From: Eledone cirrhosa
Taxonomy: Eukaryota
Direction of reading: 5' to 3'
DNA: 64,000 nucleotides
NCBI GenBank assembly: GCA_964016885.1
Contig: OZ024740.1
Location: 356,934,001 to 356,998,000, forward strand
The translations under genes and the position numbers were made by a program. Position 1 is the stretch's first letter. Each line of letters opens with the position of its first letter. The notes beneath the pieces were generated by a model. It did not search any database and was not told the origin of the DNA. It was given only the letters and a program-made list of their open reading frames with translations. Positions 12,001 to 26,650 of the stretch are shown here, in pieces.

Positions 12001-12335
12001 AAGTATTTCCGTCAGAAACGTACAGAAAAAAAAGTGTGCTCTATGTAGGCTACAGAGCTTAGTTATGTAATAAACAACATAAGATAATTATTTCATTTAC
12101 CAGTGCTTTCTTGAAGACATATGTTGTGTCTGTCTTCAGTCGTCAGAATGAATAAAAAACATCCTTAATAAAAACCATCTCATTCTTTTTATGACTTGTT
12201 CAATTTTATCGTTTAATAATTTGGTATAGGTGGTGTTAGTGGGTATATTTTTGATAGAATAATCCAATTCATAAACGTCCATGGTGTATGTTGGTTAATT
12301 TCCTGAAACTGTAAAATGCTCAACTTAACGGGCTG
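11998..12335 (-). mobile_element. Internally deleted non-autonomous PLE (Hydra-like N-terminus fused to an HHR-bearing tail)
   Basis: ATG at 12282 gives MDVYELDYSIKNIPTNTTYTKLLNDKIEQVIKRMRWF, resembling the YSxKNIP...IKRxRW N-terminus of these PLEs; runs directly into an HHR; the tail is homologous to 31811-31935. Confidence 0.7.
12092..12152 (-). ncRNA. Type I hammerhead ribozyme (helix III slightly degenerate)
   Basis: UUCAUU-CUGACGA-C-UGAAGACA(11-nt loop)UGUCUUCA-A-GAAA-GCACUG-GUA-AAUGAA. Confidence 0.8.
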
Positions 12336-12339
12336 GAAA

Positions 12340-12429
<90 letters not shown>

Positions 12430-13594
12430 TTTACTCAAACACCATATATATACGTAAATAAGGCTTAGAGTGAGCTTCCATTTTGATTTGAATATCTGAG
12501 TTTTATACACCACCAATATCATTACCCTGGCAAAACCCACTGGCTTCAAGTACGAAGATATCTACTATTTAGTAACAAAATTACTACTACGTTCTGGAAC
12601 TACAAATAAGTTATTCAATTCAATATAGCTTCTTATGGAACAAAGCATTGTTTGATCAGGTCACTCGCTTCTGAATATCTTTTGACATGAAAATGTGTTT
12701 TACATCAACTAACATAGCGTTTTATGAATAAAAATGGATACTTCTCAAGAAATATTGTATTACGAAAGCCAAAACATTAGTCAGCCATTGTAATTAATAT
12801 ATATGCCTGAAGCTTTTCATAATACAAAACAGTTAAAGCTTATTAAAGTAAGCGCATATTAAGGCTTGATAGTCATACGAAGGCAATACTATAATCATCA
12901 GTGATAGTCAACTTATTTTCTCGTTTTTTTGTTGTATTTTTAAGAAATAAATCCTTTCTTTTCTATCAATATTTCGACTACAGTCTCAAGAATTCTTAAG
13001 CAAAAGTAAGTGGGTTATTATACTGAATAAGGTAGAATTCCTCTTTTTCTTTTTCTCTGATAGAATGCATGTGATCTTCTGGGCAACGTGCAAGTCATAT
13101 CCATTATACGGAGCTCAGAATTTGAGCCCTTTCATCACTTTACAAGTGTTGTGGCACCGCCTGCCCAGAACTAAAATGTTCCTACTACGCTCGCCAAATT
13201 TAGGGTCTCATGATCAGTAGCATTGCCTCATGGCTAAGCAAATCTAATTTATCCGATCTTACCGTTCTTTGTAATGAACTCTTTTGACATGGCGTTGATA
13301 AATAAATTAGTAATTCATTTACCAAGGTTTAGAATAGAAAAGACGTAGTACAGACTTTACCCTTATATATTGATATATATAGAAAGAGAGAGAGAGAGAT
13401 ATGTGGGTTGGTGAATATCTGTGTTTACAATTCCCCACAGGAATTAGAGTATGTATATTTTAATATTTCATTATAAGCTGATGTTTCCTGATTATTGCCT
13501 CTGCATTCGCAGCATTCAAATAATGAGAAGATTTATGATCCACTTGGCTTCAGGCTTTATTTATACATACATTTATATATATATATATATATCA

Positions 13595-14018
13595 CCTTGA
13601 TCACTTTGACTGACCAGGCTGTCGGCGCCATTCGGCGCCGCTGGTTACAGCACGTGCTGTTTTAGCCATACGATGACGCCATCCCACTAGCTGGGCGGGC
13701 AGGCCATAAGTCTAAAGTCTGTCTTAAGCGTGAAGGCTTATTTGGCCGGTGCTTATCCCGGTTTCATGGCGTGAAGCGAGTGAGAGTACAGGACTCCCCC
13801 CTGGACAGGACGCCAGTCCATCACAGGGTTAAACCTCCAGCTATTGCTCGTACTCATTTTCAGCTGAGTAAACTGGAGCACCGTGAAATAAAGTGGCATG
13901 CTCAAGGCTTATCCCTGTCCATGTCTTGCTCAAGGAAACAACACATCACCCGGTCCGAGAATTGAACTCACAACCTTTCGATTGAAAGCCTACTGCTCTA
14001 ACCAATAAGCCATACGCC
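13595..14018 (-). mobile_element. tRNA-derived SINE, near full length, with V/Meta-like central domain
   Basis: A box TGGCTTATTGG, B box GAGTTCAATTC, CCTTGAGCAAGAC, CCTGTGATGGACTGGCGTCCTGTCCAGGG. Confidence 0.8.
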
Positions 14019-14049
14019 TTTATATATATATACATATATACATATATAT

Positions 14050-14129
14050 AGGCGTATGGCTTATTGGTTAGAGCAGTAGGCTTTCAATCGAAAGGTTGTG
14101 AGTTCAATTCTCGGACCGGGTGATGTGTT
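14050..14129 (+). repeat. Inverted duplicate of the SINE tRNA-like head
   Basis: Reverse complement of ~13940-14019, across a TA-rich spacer. Confidence 0.9.
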
Positions 14130-14138
14130 ATATATATA

Positions 14139-14626
14139 TTGGTGAAAAGAAAATGCTGACAAATTGTTCCCAGTGAAAAATAGTTTAATTAGGAATAAGT
14201 AAAAATTAGTAATAGTATTGGTTAGTATTCAGTTTGGGTTTTACGTTTTACCGGTTGCGCATTTCTAATGCTTTTCAAAAATAATTTTGAGATAGAGCGT
14301 CCGTGATGTTTGCTCTAATCTGATTAGTTTTGGAAATTCTACCTGTTTTATGTAAAAAAAAAAAGTGGCTCCAGATGTATGAAAAAATTCTTGTGGTCAA
14401 AACAATTCTGATTGGTCGGTAGAGGTCATGTGATTATTAAAAATTGATTTTGCGCCAAATGTAGGTTTGTCTCGGCTGATTGAGAAGTCACTGAAAAATA
14501 AGTCTTTCAAGACAAATATGTTTGTGTGTAGTAGTAGTAAAGAAGTTCGTTGTTGTGATAATGGTCAGCAGGGATGTGTGTGCGAACCGCAGCCTGTTGA
14601 CAGTTCAAATGCCTATTAAGACAAGT

Positions 14627-14712
<86 letters not shown>

Positions 14713-17226
14713 CAGAGTAATTAATAAGTAAGGCATGCAAGGAAGCCACAGACAATTCCCTCACCCAAAGATCTCAAATTAAGACCTATAACAGCAAGCC
14801 CCGCTTGCGAAACCCACCGCCTTAGCGACTTCGTTGATACAAGCCTTTTCTCAAACACATCAAAAGCTATATAAGGGACGACCTAGATATGCTCAACCGC
14901 CTCCCTAATATGCCCCTTTCTGAACAAACCCTACAAGTGACGTTCGATGTAGTCAACCTATACTCCAACATCCCCCACAACTTAGGAATAGAAGCTATCC
15001 AATTCTGGCTGGATAATTACCACAATGAACTCCCACAACGCATCAAAAAAGAATTCGTGATAGAGGGACTCAAATTTATCTTGGAGAACAATTACTTCCT
15101 TTTCAATAACAAACCCTACAGGCAGAAATCTGGGACCGCTATGGGATCGAAAACAGCCCCCACTTATGCCAACCTAGTCACGGGATACCTGGAAATCACC
15201 CTCTACACTAAAGTACTAAACAAATTTGGAAACACTCTCCACTTACACATAGAAAGGAACTGGAAGCGATATCTAGATGACTGCTTCATCCTTTGGCACG
15301 AAAACATCGAGAAACTTAAAGAATTTCACACCCTTATAAATGGGCTCAACACGAATATTAACTTCACGATGGAATACAGCCAACAACAACTCCCCTTCCT
15401 CGACATCCTTATTAAGATCCATAACAAAAAAATAGAAAAAGACATATACTACAAGCCCACAGACTCCAAGAAATATCTTCCTTTCAACTCTTGCCACCCT
15501 AGACACGGTAAAATTAATATTCCCTACAACTTAGCCAAGAGAATCTGTACTATAGTCTCCAATAAAAACACCTGCTACTTACGGCTACAAGAACTAAAGG
15601 ACACACTCATAGGCAGGGACTACCCTGCATCACTAATTGACAATGGAATCCAACGTGCCCTAAAACTCAGTACCCAGGACCTTAGACACCCTAAAGTAAA
15701 TCAACCGAAACTAAAAGCTATTCCATACATCTCCACACACAACCCCCTCAACAATGAGGCCCTTGACACCATCCTCCAGAACATCCCTATGTTTAAAAAG
15801 GACCATAGAATGAACCAAATCCTACGAACACACGATATCATAAAGAGCAAAAGACAATCTAAGTCAATGAAAAACATCCTAACACATGCCAAAGTACTGC
15901 CAACCACAACAACGAAACCCACAGTAAAATAAAATGCGATAGACCCAACTGTGGCATATGCATCAACCTAATAGAGGGTTCGGAATTCTATTTCAAAGAA
16001 GGACAATGTTTTATAGTAAAACACAATTTCAGATGCGCATCAGAAAATCTAATATATGTATTAACTTGCTCAGGTTGTCGAGAACAATACATAGGCCAGA
16101 CCAAAAACAGCCTCCGCCAACGCATGACTGTCCATAGATCTAAAATTAAAATACGGGAATACAGGAAAATACCACTGAGTGAACACATTGATACCTGTGC
16201 CGCCCAAAATCATCCCAACTTCAGAATCTTTTCCCTCTACAAATTTAAAGATAATGCCACCCACACCCAGCGCAGCAGCAAGGAATCTCACTTTATTAAC
16301 AAATACGGACCCCGTCTAAACACTTTTCCCTAAGACGAACCCACAACATACACACGTCAACATACATACCTACATCAGCATACATCTCTATCCACATATA
16401 AACACAATGACATACGTAAACACATGTTCTATGGTGCAACACATATATACACAAATTTGCATACCTTTTGATGTCTATAGATATAAAAGTGCCGACACTC
16501 ACACATACATATACGCACACATGCATTGCACACTGATGGGAACATACATATTTGTACACAAGTATTCCAATACGGCAAGGCCTAATGGATTCCCCTTGCA
16601 GTACGTACAATCTCGACACTCACACACACCTTGGGATTATGCCAATATTATATATCATTTCACACCTTTTATTATTAAGTTTTTTTATTTTCTATTGAGA
16701 GAATCGTTTTTACTGAAAATATCGAATAATGTACACCATTTTTACCAGTATCACAAAAATACTGGTCCACCCACACACACATTCTCACACACACACACAT
16801 ATATATACACACACACACATATATACACGCACACATACACACGCGTACATTAACATACAAAGAGACATATACACACACACACACATTTCTCCGTATAAGA
16901 CAAGAGCTGAAAAATATCTTTTAACATGTTAAAATATCCCCCACACATGTAGACACATTCCTACTGACCATCCCTCTACCACGAATTACTCTGCTACACA
17001 CACACACACACACACCCACACACACACACACACACACACATACACACACACACTTGTGTTAATAGGCATTTGAACTGTCAACTGGTTGCGGTTCGCACAC
17101 ACATCCCTGCTGACCATTATCACAACAACGAACCTCTTTACTACTACTACACACACACACACATATTTGTCTTGAAAGACTTATTTTTCAGTGACTTCTC
17201 AATCAGCCGAGACAAACCTACATTTG
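14139..17226 (+). mobile_element. Penelope-like element (Naiad-like) copy 1, 5'-truncated with inverted 3' end at left (14139-14722)
   Basis: RT-GIY-YIG coding region 14723-16333; 3' UTR 16985-17226 is the reverse complement of 14455-14722; same family as 22626-28695. Confidence 0.9.
14889..16333 (+). pseudogene. PLE RT + GIY-YIG endonuclease, frameshift/stop at ~15930
   Basis: FDVVNLYSNIP, GTAMG, WKRYLDDCF, LPFLDI, SCHP; then CDRPNCGIC, LIYVLTCSGCREQYIGQT. Confidence 0.92.
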
Positions 17227-18323
17227 AGGGAGAGAATGTTTAACACCAACAAAATGAAGACAGACAGCTGGAAATGGTTTGAATTTAGAGAGTTTAATGC
17301 ATAATGTATTGTTTCTTTTGCCATCATCTCATATGAAAGGCATAGCTGTGTGGTGAGGAAGTTTGCTTCTTAAATATGTGGTTACGTATTCGAGGCCATT
17401 GTTATTCACTAAATATATATCCATAAATTAAGTAACAGACTGAAATATGTATTGGATTCAATATAATCGATGAAAATCCTCAAGTGTGGTATCCCATCGT
17501 CGCAGTAGGTTGGGTCCGTCACCACAGATGGCATTGGATTGTACTGCGCTCTTACGTTTTAACGGTTCACCCTCAAATTTAAAAAATAGAGTTCGTAAAA
17601 CATGTCCTGAAATATGTTCCTTGGAGTCTTGATTTTACTGACCTTTCTTCTCAAAACAAGAACGAATAACAAAATGAATTTATAGAATAAAAAAACCTTT
17701 CATAGGGAGTTAGTGTCCGCCCAGAATTCTCTAAAGCACCCTGAGCACCCAAACCTAACAACAAGTCTGCTGTACAAGGCAATGGCTGAAACCAGTGAAA
17801 ATGTAAAATGAAGAATAAATGGTTTTGTATAAATGGGCTCGTAACTCTTAATGGAGTCGTAGGGGCACCGTCCTGAAACATGGCGGGCCTTGAGCATTTT
17901 TAATCTAATGGGGGCAACATTTCTCCAAGTCTAAACACTGCGGATGTTTCCATAGAAGAAGAGAGAGTGGGCGATCGAGAGAGAGAAAGGAAGTGAGAAA
18001 AAATATAGAGGAATACTTAACCCCATTCCTGGAGTAGCATTTTTCTATCGGCCGACCTCGAAAGGATGAAACGCGTAGTTGACCTCAACGGGATTTGAAC
18101 AGAGAGCTGGAATGAATACCGCAAACCATTCTTTCTGACGCTCATACTACTCTGTCAATTCACTGTCAAAATGTTTTTGATCACACATATAATTGTGAAG
18201 AGATACACAGTGATTTCTCTTGACAATCGTATGATATAAATTTATTTGAAGTGTTGTTTAGTTACAAGTCAGACTTGATTAAGTAGACTTATGACCAAAT
18301 GTGTTCCAGCCAACAATAAACAT
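17227..18323. repeat. Source segment of a local complex duplication
   Basis: 17227-17785 is directly repeated at 19442-19997; 17626-18323 is inverted at 19994-20691; 17463-17785 recurs at ~21460-21775. Confidence 0.9.
18020..18165 (-). mobile_element. SINE (Nin/Deu-like domain), degraded; inverted copy at ~20150-20300
   Basis: GTTCAAATCCCG..GAGGTCAAC...TTTCATCCTTTCG.GGTCG on minus. Confidence 0.7.
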
Positions 18324-18457
18324 TTTTTTCTATAGATCTAAGACTGGATTGTTCAATCGGTTTTCTTTTTATTTGAGGTAATAGTGTGTGATTTGAAGTG
18401 GATTTGGTTTCTATTCCAAGCAGCTCATAAAGTTTATTCATAATTAATGTGTCGGTA

Positions 18458-18682
18458 GGCAGTGGATTGACACGATAGAAAATTATATAAAATACTTTGC
18501 GGTATTTAGCAATAATTTTCTGCTTTTGAGTTCAAATCCTGCCGATGGCTGATGTCAACTTTGCCTTCCATCATTCCAGGATGAATTTTTTTTAAAAGGA
18601 CCAATAAAGTACTGGAATCAGTATAATCGACTTTCTTCTTCATTCAAAATTGTTGATTTGTGCTTCAATTAGAAACTATTTT
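18458..18682 (+). mobile_element. SINE (same family), degraded
   Basis: GAGTTCAAATCCTGCCG..GTCAACTTTGCCTTCCATC..TAGAAAC. Confidence 0.7.
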
Positions 18683-18827
18683 AAATTACGATTGTTACAT
18701 TCACATGACAAGACAAGTATTAATAGGTAAAATAGAATCTATTATCCACAATATACATATGTATATATATCTCATTTCCAGCTGTTTGTCTTCATCTTGT
18801 TGGTGTTAAAAATTCTCTCTCTCTCTT

Positions 18828-20691
<1,864 letters not shown>

Positions 20692-20787
20692 GTTTCTTAT
20701 TGGCAACATGACCCTCCCAAAGTATAACAATATCGGTTTCAACACACGTTTTCAGATAAAGAATTTTGCTAAACAAATTCAGAAACG

Positions 20788-20888
<101 letters not shown>

Positions 20889-21775
20889 TTGACATATATA
20901 TATATATATATATATAATTGTAGAGCTAACTCAGTTGAATGGACTCGGCTGCTATTTATAGCTGTCGATAATCATATTCACGCCACTGGGATGACGCTCT
21001 GCAATGTGTGTATTTTTTTTTAAATGCAACACGTGGTTCAAGTCATTCACAGATTTGCATTTGCTTTGTAAACGCAGATAGTTATGGCTTCTCCTTTGCT
21101 GACCATCCAGGATTTAACTACTGTGATTTACTGATTAATTGGTGAAATATATTTTTTATTTAAAGAAATATATACAAAGGAGATTAATCTTTTTTAAAAA
21201 TATCTATATTTGAAGTTCTAGTTAAACTTTAATTAGTTACCTACCTAGCTATGTGTGCTTACATACTTTACAAATTATCCCCTGTGATTGTTCCATATGT
21301 TTATTTTATATATATATATATGTCAATCTATTTCTAGTTGATATGAAATGCTCGGATCTATTCATTGGAATCTTTGAGCTTATTCTGCAATGGGTATGGC
21401 GCATGAGTCTCAGACATGACAACCCTTAATTTAATTTTGGATATATATATATATATATATATAATCGATGAAAATCCTCAAGTGTGGTATCCCATCGTCG
21501 CAGTAGGTTGGGTCCGTCACCACAGATGGCATTGGATTGTACTGCGCTCTTACGCTTTAACGGTTCACCCTCAAATTTACAAAATAGAGTTTGTAAAACA
21601 TGTCCTGAAATATGTTCCTTGGAGTCTTGATTTTACTGACCTTTCTTCTCAAAACAAGAATGAATAACAAAATGAATTTATAGAATAAAAAAAACCTTTC
21701 ATAGGGAGTTAGTGTCTGCCCAGAATTCTCTAAAGCACCCTGAGCACCCAAACAGGTCTGCTGTGCAAGTCAATG

Positions 21776-22545
21776 CTTTCACTCCAATTTATTATAAATT
21801 AAATTATAAATTTAAAAATTTATAAATTTCCGGTTGGTTGGTTGTTAATTTAATCGTTCTCCTATACTACGAGCTGTCTCACCTATGTAAACTATATTCT
21901 TATCTTTACATTGTCCGTAGTTTTACAGGACACTGGCGAGAGCTTCAAGATAGAAAAGAATCATCAGTACTCCACCAATATGCTAAATTAGAGAACATAA
22001 GAGCAAATTAGAGAACATAGAAATAAAAATAAAATCTACACACAGAAAAGACGCAATGTTTAGACTAATCACAGAGGCAATAAACATAAATGAACTCCAA
22101 CCAAAATTAAATAGAAAACATGAATGGAATAGCAACAGCACAACTTACAATTAAGGACAAAATGAAAACACACACACATAGAACAAACAACCAACCAGTA
22201 ACATATAGATAAACAAATAAATAAACAAATAAAAACGCACACAGGCACCCGGATGTAACACGTGCTCAAACTAAGCACACAATACACACAAAAACAAGAT
22301 GGCGTAGGACAGAACAAAGGAGAGGCACAAAACAAAGAAAAGAGTCCCCAGTCACTGAAGAGGTCACAGAATGTGTGACGAAAGAACTTTGACAATACAT
22401 GAACAAACGTCCGGTTGTGGAACCAACCAACCAACCGGAAATTTATTAATTTTTAAATTTATAATTTAATTTATAATAAATTGGAGTGAAAGCTACTGGT
22501 GCGTGTGTTTCTTATTGGCAACATGACCCTCCCAAAGTATAACAA
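21776..22545 (+). mobile_element. HHR-bearing PLE pseudo-LTR-like element with inverted end
   Basis: 21776-21845 is the reverse complement of ~22420-22493; its 3' terminus ..GACCCTCCCAAAGTATAACAA recurs at 20691-20731 and inverted at 38950-39020. Confidence 0.7.
22351..22393 (+). ncRNA. Type I hammerhead ribozyme (degenerate helix III)
   Basis: GUCA-CUGAAGA-G-GUCACA(GAAUG)UGUGAC-GAAA-GAAC-UU-UGAC. Confidence 0.65.
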
Positions 22546-22572
22546 TATATATATATATATATATATATGTGC

Positions 22573-22629
<57 letters not shown>

Positions 22630-23124
22630 TAAACGGATAGAAAATGCTGACAAATTGTTCACAGTTGAAAAATGGTTTAATTAGGAATAAAAGAGTATTA
22701 GTGATTGTATGGGTTAGTATTCAGTTGTGGTTTTAAGTTTTTAAGTTTTTACCGGTTGCGCATTTCTAAATGCTTTTCAAAAATAATTTTGAGATAGAGT
22801 GTCCGTGCTGTTTGCTCTGATCTGATTAGTTTTGGGAATTCTACCTGTTTTTATGTTAAAAAAGTGGCTCCAGCGTTATTTTTGTGTTGCAAAAATTCTT
22901 GTGGTCAAAACAATTTTGATTGGTCGGTAGAGGTCATGTGAATGTAAAAAGTTGATTTTGCGTCAAGACTGTTTTTATGTTAAAAAAGTGGCTCCAGCAA
23001 AAATTCTTGGTCAAAACAATTTTGATTGGTCGGTAGAGGTCATGTGAATAAAAAAATTGGTTTTGCGCCATGATTGAGAAATCACTCTTTCACAAAAAAT
23101 ATGTATGTGTGTGTATGTGTGTGT

Positions 23125-23178
<54 letters not shown>

Positions 23179-23247
23179 TAGTAGTAGTAAGGTGTTCGAT
23201 GCTGCGACAATGGCCAGCAGCGATGTGTGTCAAATGGCTATTAAGAT

Positions 23248-23319
<72 letters not shown>

Positions 23320-23773
23320 CAGAGTGATTCGTGGTGGCAGGGATGGTCAGTAAGAATGTGTCTGAAAGCAATGGGGGGTATTTTAGCATGTCAAAAGATA
23401 AGTGTGTGTGTGTGTGTGTGTATAGCAGAGTAATTTGTGGTGGCAGGGATGGTCAGTAAGAATGTGTCTGAAAGCAATGGGGGGTATTTTAGCATGTCAA
23501 AAGATATTTTTCAGCTTTTGTCTTATACGGAGAAGTGCGTGTGTGTGTGTATATAAGTTTCTTTGTATGTTGATGTACGCGTGTGTATGTGTTTGTGTAT
23601 ATGTGTGTGTATGTGTGTGTGGGGGGGGGACCAGTATTTTTTTCCCCCTGGTAAAATGGTATACATTATTCGATTTTTTCTGTAAAATCGGTTCTCTTAA
23701 TAGAACATCAAAAATCTTAACAATAAAAGGTGTGAAATGATATTCACTATATATATATACATATACATACATT

Positions 23774-23816
<43 letters not shown>

Positions 23817-23958
23817 TACATACATATATATGCACATATATTTCTTTGTATTGCACCATAGAGCATGTGTGTTTACGTGTGTCATTGTGTTTATATGTCG
23901 GTAGAGATGTGTGCTGATGTAGGTATGTATGTTGACGTGTGTATGTTGTGGGTTCGTC

Positions 23959-26106
23959 TTAGGGAGAAGTGTTTAGACGGGGTCCGTATTTGTTAATGAA
24001 GTAAGATTCCTTGCTGATGCGCTGGGTGTGGGTAGCATTATCTTTAAATTTGTAGAGGGGAAAGATTCTGAAGTTGGGATGATTTGGGGCGGCACAGGTA
24101 TCAATGTGTTCACTCAGTGGTATTTTCCTGTATTCCCATATTTTAATTTGGGATCTATGGACAGTCATGCGTTGGCGGAGGTTGCTTTTGGTCTGGCCTA
24201 TGTATTGTTCTCGACAACCTGAACAAGTTAATACATATATTAGATTTTCCGATGCACTTGTGAAATTGTGTTTTACTATAAAACGTTGTCCATCTTTGAA
24301 ATAGAATTCCGAACTCTCTATTAGGTTGATGCAAATTCCACAGTTGGGTCTATCGCATTTTTTTACTGTGGGTTTCGTTGTTGTGGTTGGCAGTACTTTG
24401 GCATGTGTTAAGATGTTTTTCATTGACTTGGATTGTCTTTTGCTCTTTATGATATCGTGTGTTCGTAGAATTTGGTTCATTCTATGGTCCTTTTTCAATA
24501 CAGGGATGTTCTGGAGGATGGTGTCAAAGGCCTCATTGTTGAGGGGGTTGTGTGTGGAGATGTATGGAAGAGCTTTTAGTTTTGGTTGATTTACTTTAGG
24601 GTGTCTAAGGTCCTGGGTACTGAGTTTTAGGGCACGTTGGATTCCATTATCAATTAGTGATGCAGGGTAGTCCCTGTCTATGAGTGTGTCCTTTAGTTCT
24701 TGTAGCCGTAAGTAGCAGATGTTTTTATTGGAGACTATAGTACAGATTCTCTTGGCTAAGTTGTAGGGAATATTAATTTTAACGTGTCTAGGGTGGCAAG
24801 AGTTGAAGGGGAGATATTGCTTGGAGTCTGTGGGCTTGTAGTATATGTCTGTTTCTATTTTTTTGTTATGGATCTTAATGAGGATGTCGAGGAAGGGGAG
24901 TTGTTGATGGCTGTATTCCATCGTGAAGTTAATATTTGTGTTGAGCCCATTTATAAGGGTGTGAAATTCTTTAAGTTTTTCGATGTTTTCGTGCCAAAGG
25001 ATGAAGCAGTCATCTAGATATCGCTTCCAGTTCCTTTCAATGTGTAAGTGGAGGGTGTTTCCAAATTTGTTTAGGACTTTAGTGTAGAGGGTGATTTCCA
25101 GGTATCCCATGACTAGGTTGGCATAAGTAGGGGCTGTTTTCGTTCCCATAGCGGTCCCAGATTTCTGCCTGTAGGGTTTGTTATTGAAAACGAAGTAATT
25201 GTTCTCCAAGATAAATTTGAGTCCCTCTATCACGAATTCTTTTTTGATGCGTTGTGGGAGTTCATTGTGGAAATTATCCAGCCAGAATTGGATAGCTTCT
25301 ATTCCTAGGTTGTGGGGGATGTTGGAGTATATGTTGACTACATCGAACGTCACTAGTAGGGTTTGTTCAGAAAGTGGCATATTAGGGAGGTGATTGAGCA
25401 TATCTAGGTCGTCCCTTATATAGCTTTTGATGTGCTTGAGGAAGGGTTTGAGAAGGGTATCAATGAAGTTGCTAAGACGGTGCGTTTCGCAAGCGGGGCC
25501 TGCTATTATAGGTCTTAATTTGAGATCATTGGGTGAGGGGACATTGATGTCTATGTCTGTGGCTTCCTTGCATGCCTTACTTATTGATTCGCTTTTATGT
25601 ACTTTAGGGATACCGTAGAAAAGGCTGGATTTACTTGTGAAGTCTGTGATGAAGCTGAGTTCCTTGTTAGTGAGTCCTTCTGTGTATTGGTTGATTAGAG
25701 TTTTTAGGTTTCTCATAATTTTCTGTTGATTGTAGTGTTCAGCCTTTTCGTAGTATGTTTCGTTTTCCAAAGTGGAGAGCGCTAAGTTGATATAGAATTC
25801 TGTCTCCATTAGGACTACTGTACTCCCTTTATCAGCCTCTTTAATTGTAATGGTTCTGTCGGTTTTTAATCTATTTAATTCTTCCCATTCTTTCTTGTTG
25901 AGGTTTGGCTTGTGTTTTTGTCTGTGCAAGTGTTGGTAAGGGAAGTTTGTGATGTGTTCACAAAATTCGTCCAGGATTTTATTTCTACCTTTTGAAGGGG
26001 TGTAATTGCTTCTATTTCTGGCTAATGATTCATCCTCATTGTACTGGTCGAATAGTTGTTCACTAAGTCGTAACTTTCTACAGAAGTCTGTGATGTCTTC
26101 CTTCAT
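23959..26106 (-). CDS. PLE reverse transcriptase + GIY-YIG endonuclease (uninterrupted; frame open upstream to ~26313)
   Basis: ADKG, YGIPKVHK, RPIIAGP, GTAMGT, WKRYLDDCF, CDRPNCGIC linker, LIYVLTCSGCREQYIGQT with CCHH-like residues. Upstream in-frame IINLT..LLSKGLKFTPTP precedes the first ATG. Confidence 0.93.
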   Translation of the reverse strand: MKEDITDFCRKLRLSEQLFDQYNEDESLARNRSNYTPSKGRNKILDEFCEHITNFPYQHLHRQKHKPNLNKKEWEELNRLKTDRTITIKEADKGSTVVLMETEFYINLALSTLENETYYEKAEHYNQQKIMRNLKTLINQYTEGLTNKELSFITDFTSKSSLFYGIPKVHKSESISKACKEATDIDINVPSPNDLKLRPIIAGPACETHRLSNFIDTLLKPFLKHIKSYIRDDLDMLNHLPNMPLSEQTLLVTFDVVNIYSNIPHNLGIEAIQFWLDNFHNELPQRIKKEFVIEGLKFILENNYFVFNNKPYRQKSGTAMGTKTAPTYANLVMGYLEITLYTKVLNKFGNTLHLHIERNWKRYLDDCFILWHENIEKLKEFHTLINGLNTNINFTMEYSHQQLPFLDILIKIHNKKIETDIYYKPTDSKQYLPFNSCHPRHVKINIPYNLAKRICTIVSNKNICYLRLQELKDTLIDRDYPASLIDNGIQRALKLSTQDLRHPKVNQPKLKALPYISTHNPLNNEAFDTILQNIPVLKKDHRMNQILRTHDIIKSKRQSKSMKNILTHAKVLPTTTTKPTVKKCDRPNCGICINLIESSEFYFKDGQRFIVKHNFTSASENLIYVLTCSGCREQYIGQTKSNLRQRMTVHRSQIKIWEYRKIPLSEHIDTCAAPNHPNFRIFPLYKFKDNATHTQRISKESYFINKYGPRLNTSP

Positions 26107-26243
26107 TTCATAGTAGTTAGGACGTAGTGGGGTCGGTGTGAATTTAAGACCTTTGGAGAGTAAGTTGATAAGGTTGGGTGTTGGTTCTGCACTAGTAAGA
26201 TTGATAATTTTTATTACTATCGGTTTCTCCTCCCTGTCTTGTG

Positions 26244-26650
26244 TTATTTTGTTTGCCTGTATCTGTGTGCTGTGTCTAAAAAATGGTTGGGGTAGAGGGG
26301 TTGTCTGCTGATGTTAAGTGGTCTCCTGTGTTTGTTATATTCCTTGTTGTTGTAAAATGTGGTTCGGGTTGGTGGTTGTAGATTGAATGGGGTGTTCCTG
26401 TACTGCGAGTATGGGTGTGTGTTTCTATGTGCCATGTTGTATTGTGGTGTTATTAGTGGCCTACGTTGTTGGTTGTATCGTGTGGTGTGGGTTTGTTGTG
26501 TATTGTGGAAGTGAGAGTTGAGAAAATGGTAATTACCTTGCTGTCCCCTTGAAGCGGGGAAGTTGTTGCATCTATCATGGCGGTGGTATCTTTTCCTTAT
26601 GTTTGACGATGAGGATTCCGCGTAGTAGTTGAGTGATTTGGTGTGGTGTC
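26244..26650 (-). CDS. Upstream low-complexity ORF of the PLE (5'-truncated by the inversion)
   Basis: Open N/Q/R/T/Y/H-rich frame ending ..NHFLDTAHRYRQTK*, overlapping the RT frame at TTTTTTA. Confidence 0.55.

Noticed and set aside
14051-14120. tRNA gene
   Set aside because: A and B boxes are present, but the acceptor and anticodon stems do not pair; it is a SINE head.
16334-17226. SECIS / selenocysteine recoding as reported for some Naiads
   Set aside because: The intact 715-aa frame has no in-frame TGA, and I could not identify a SECIS.
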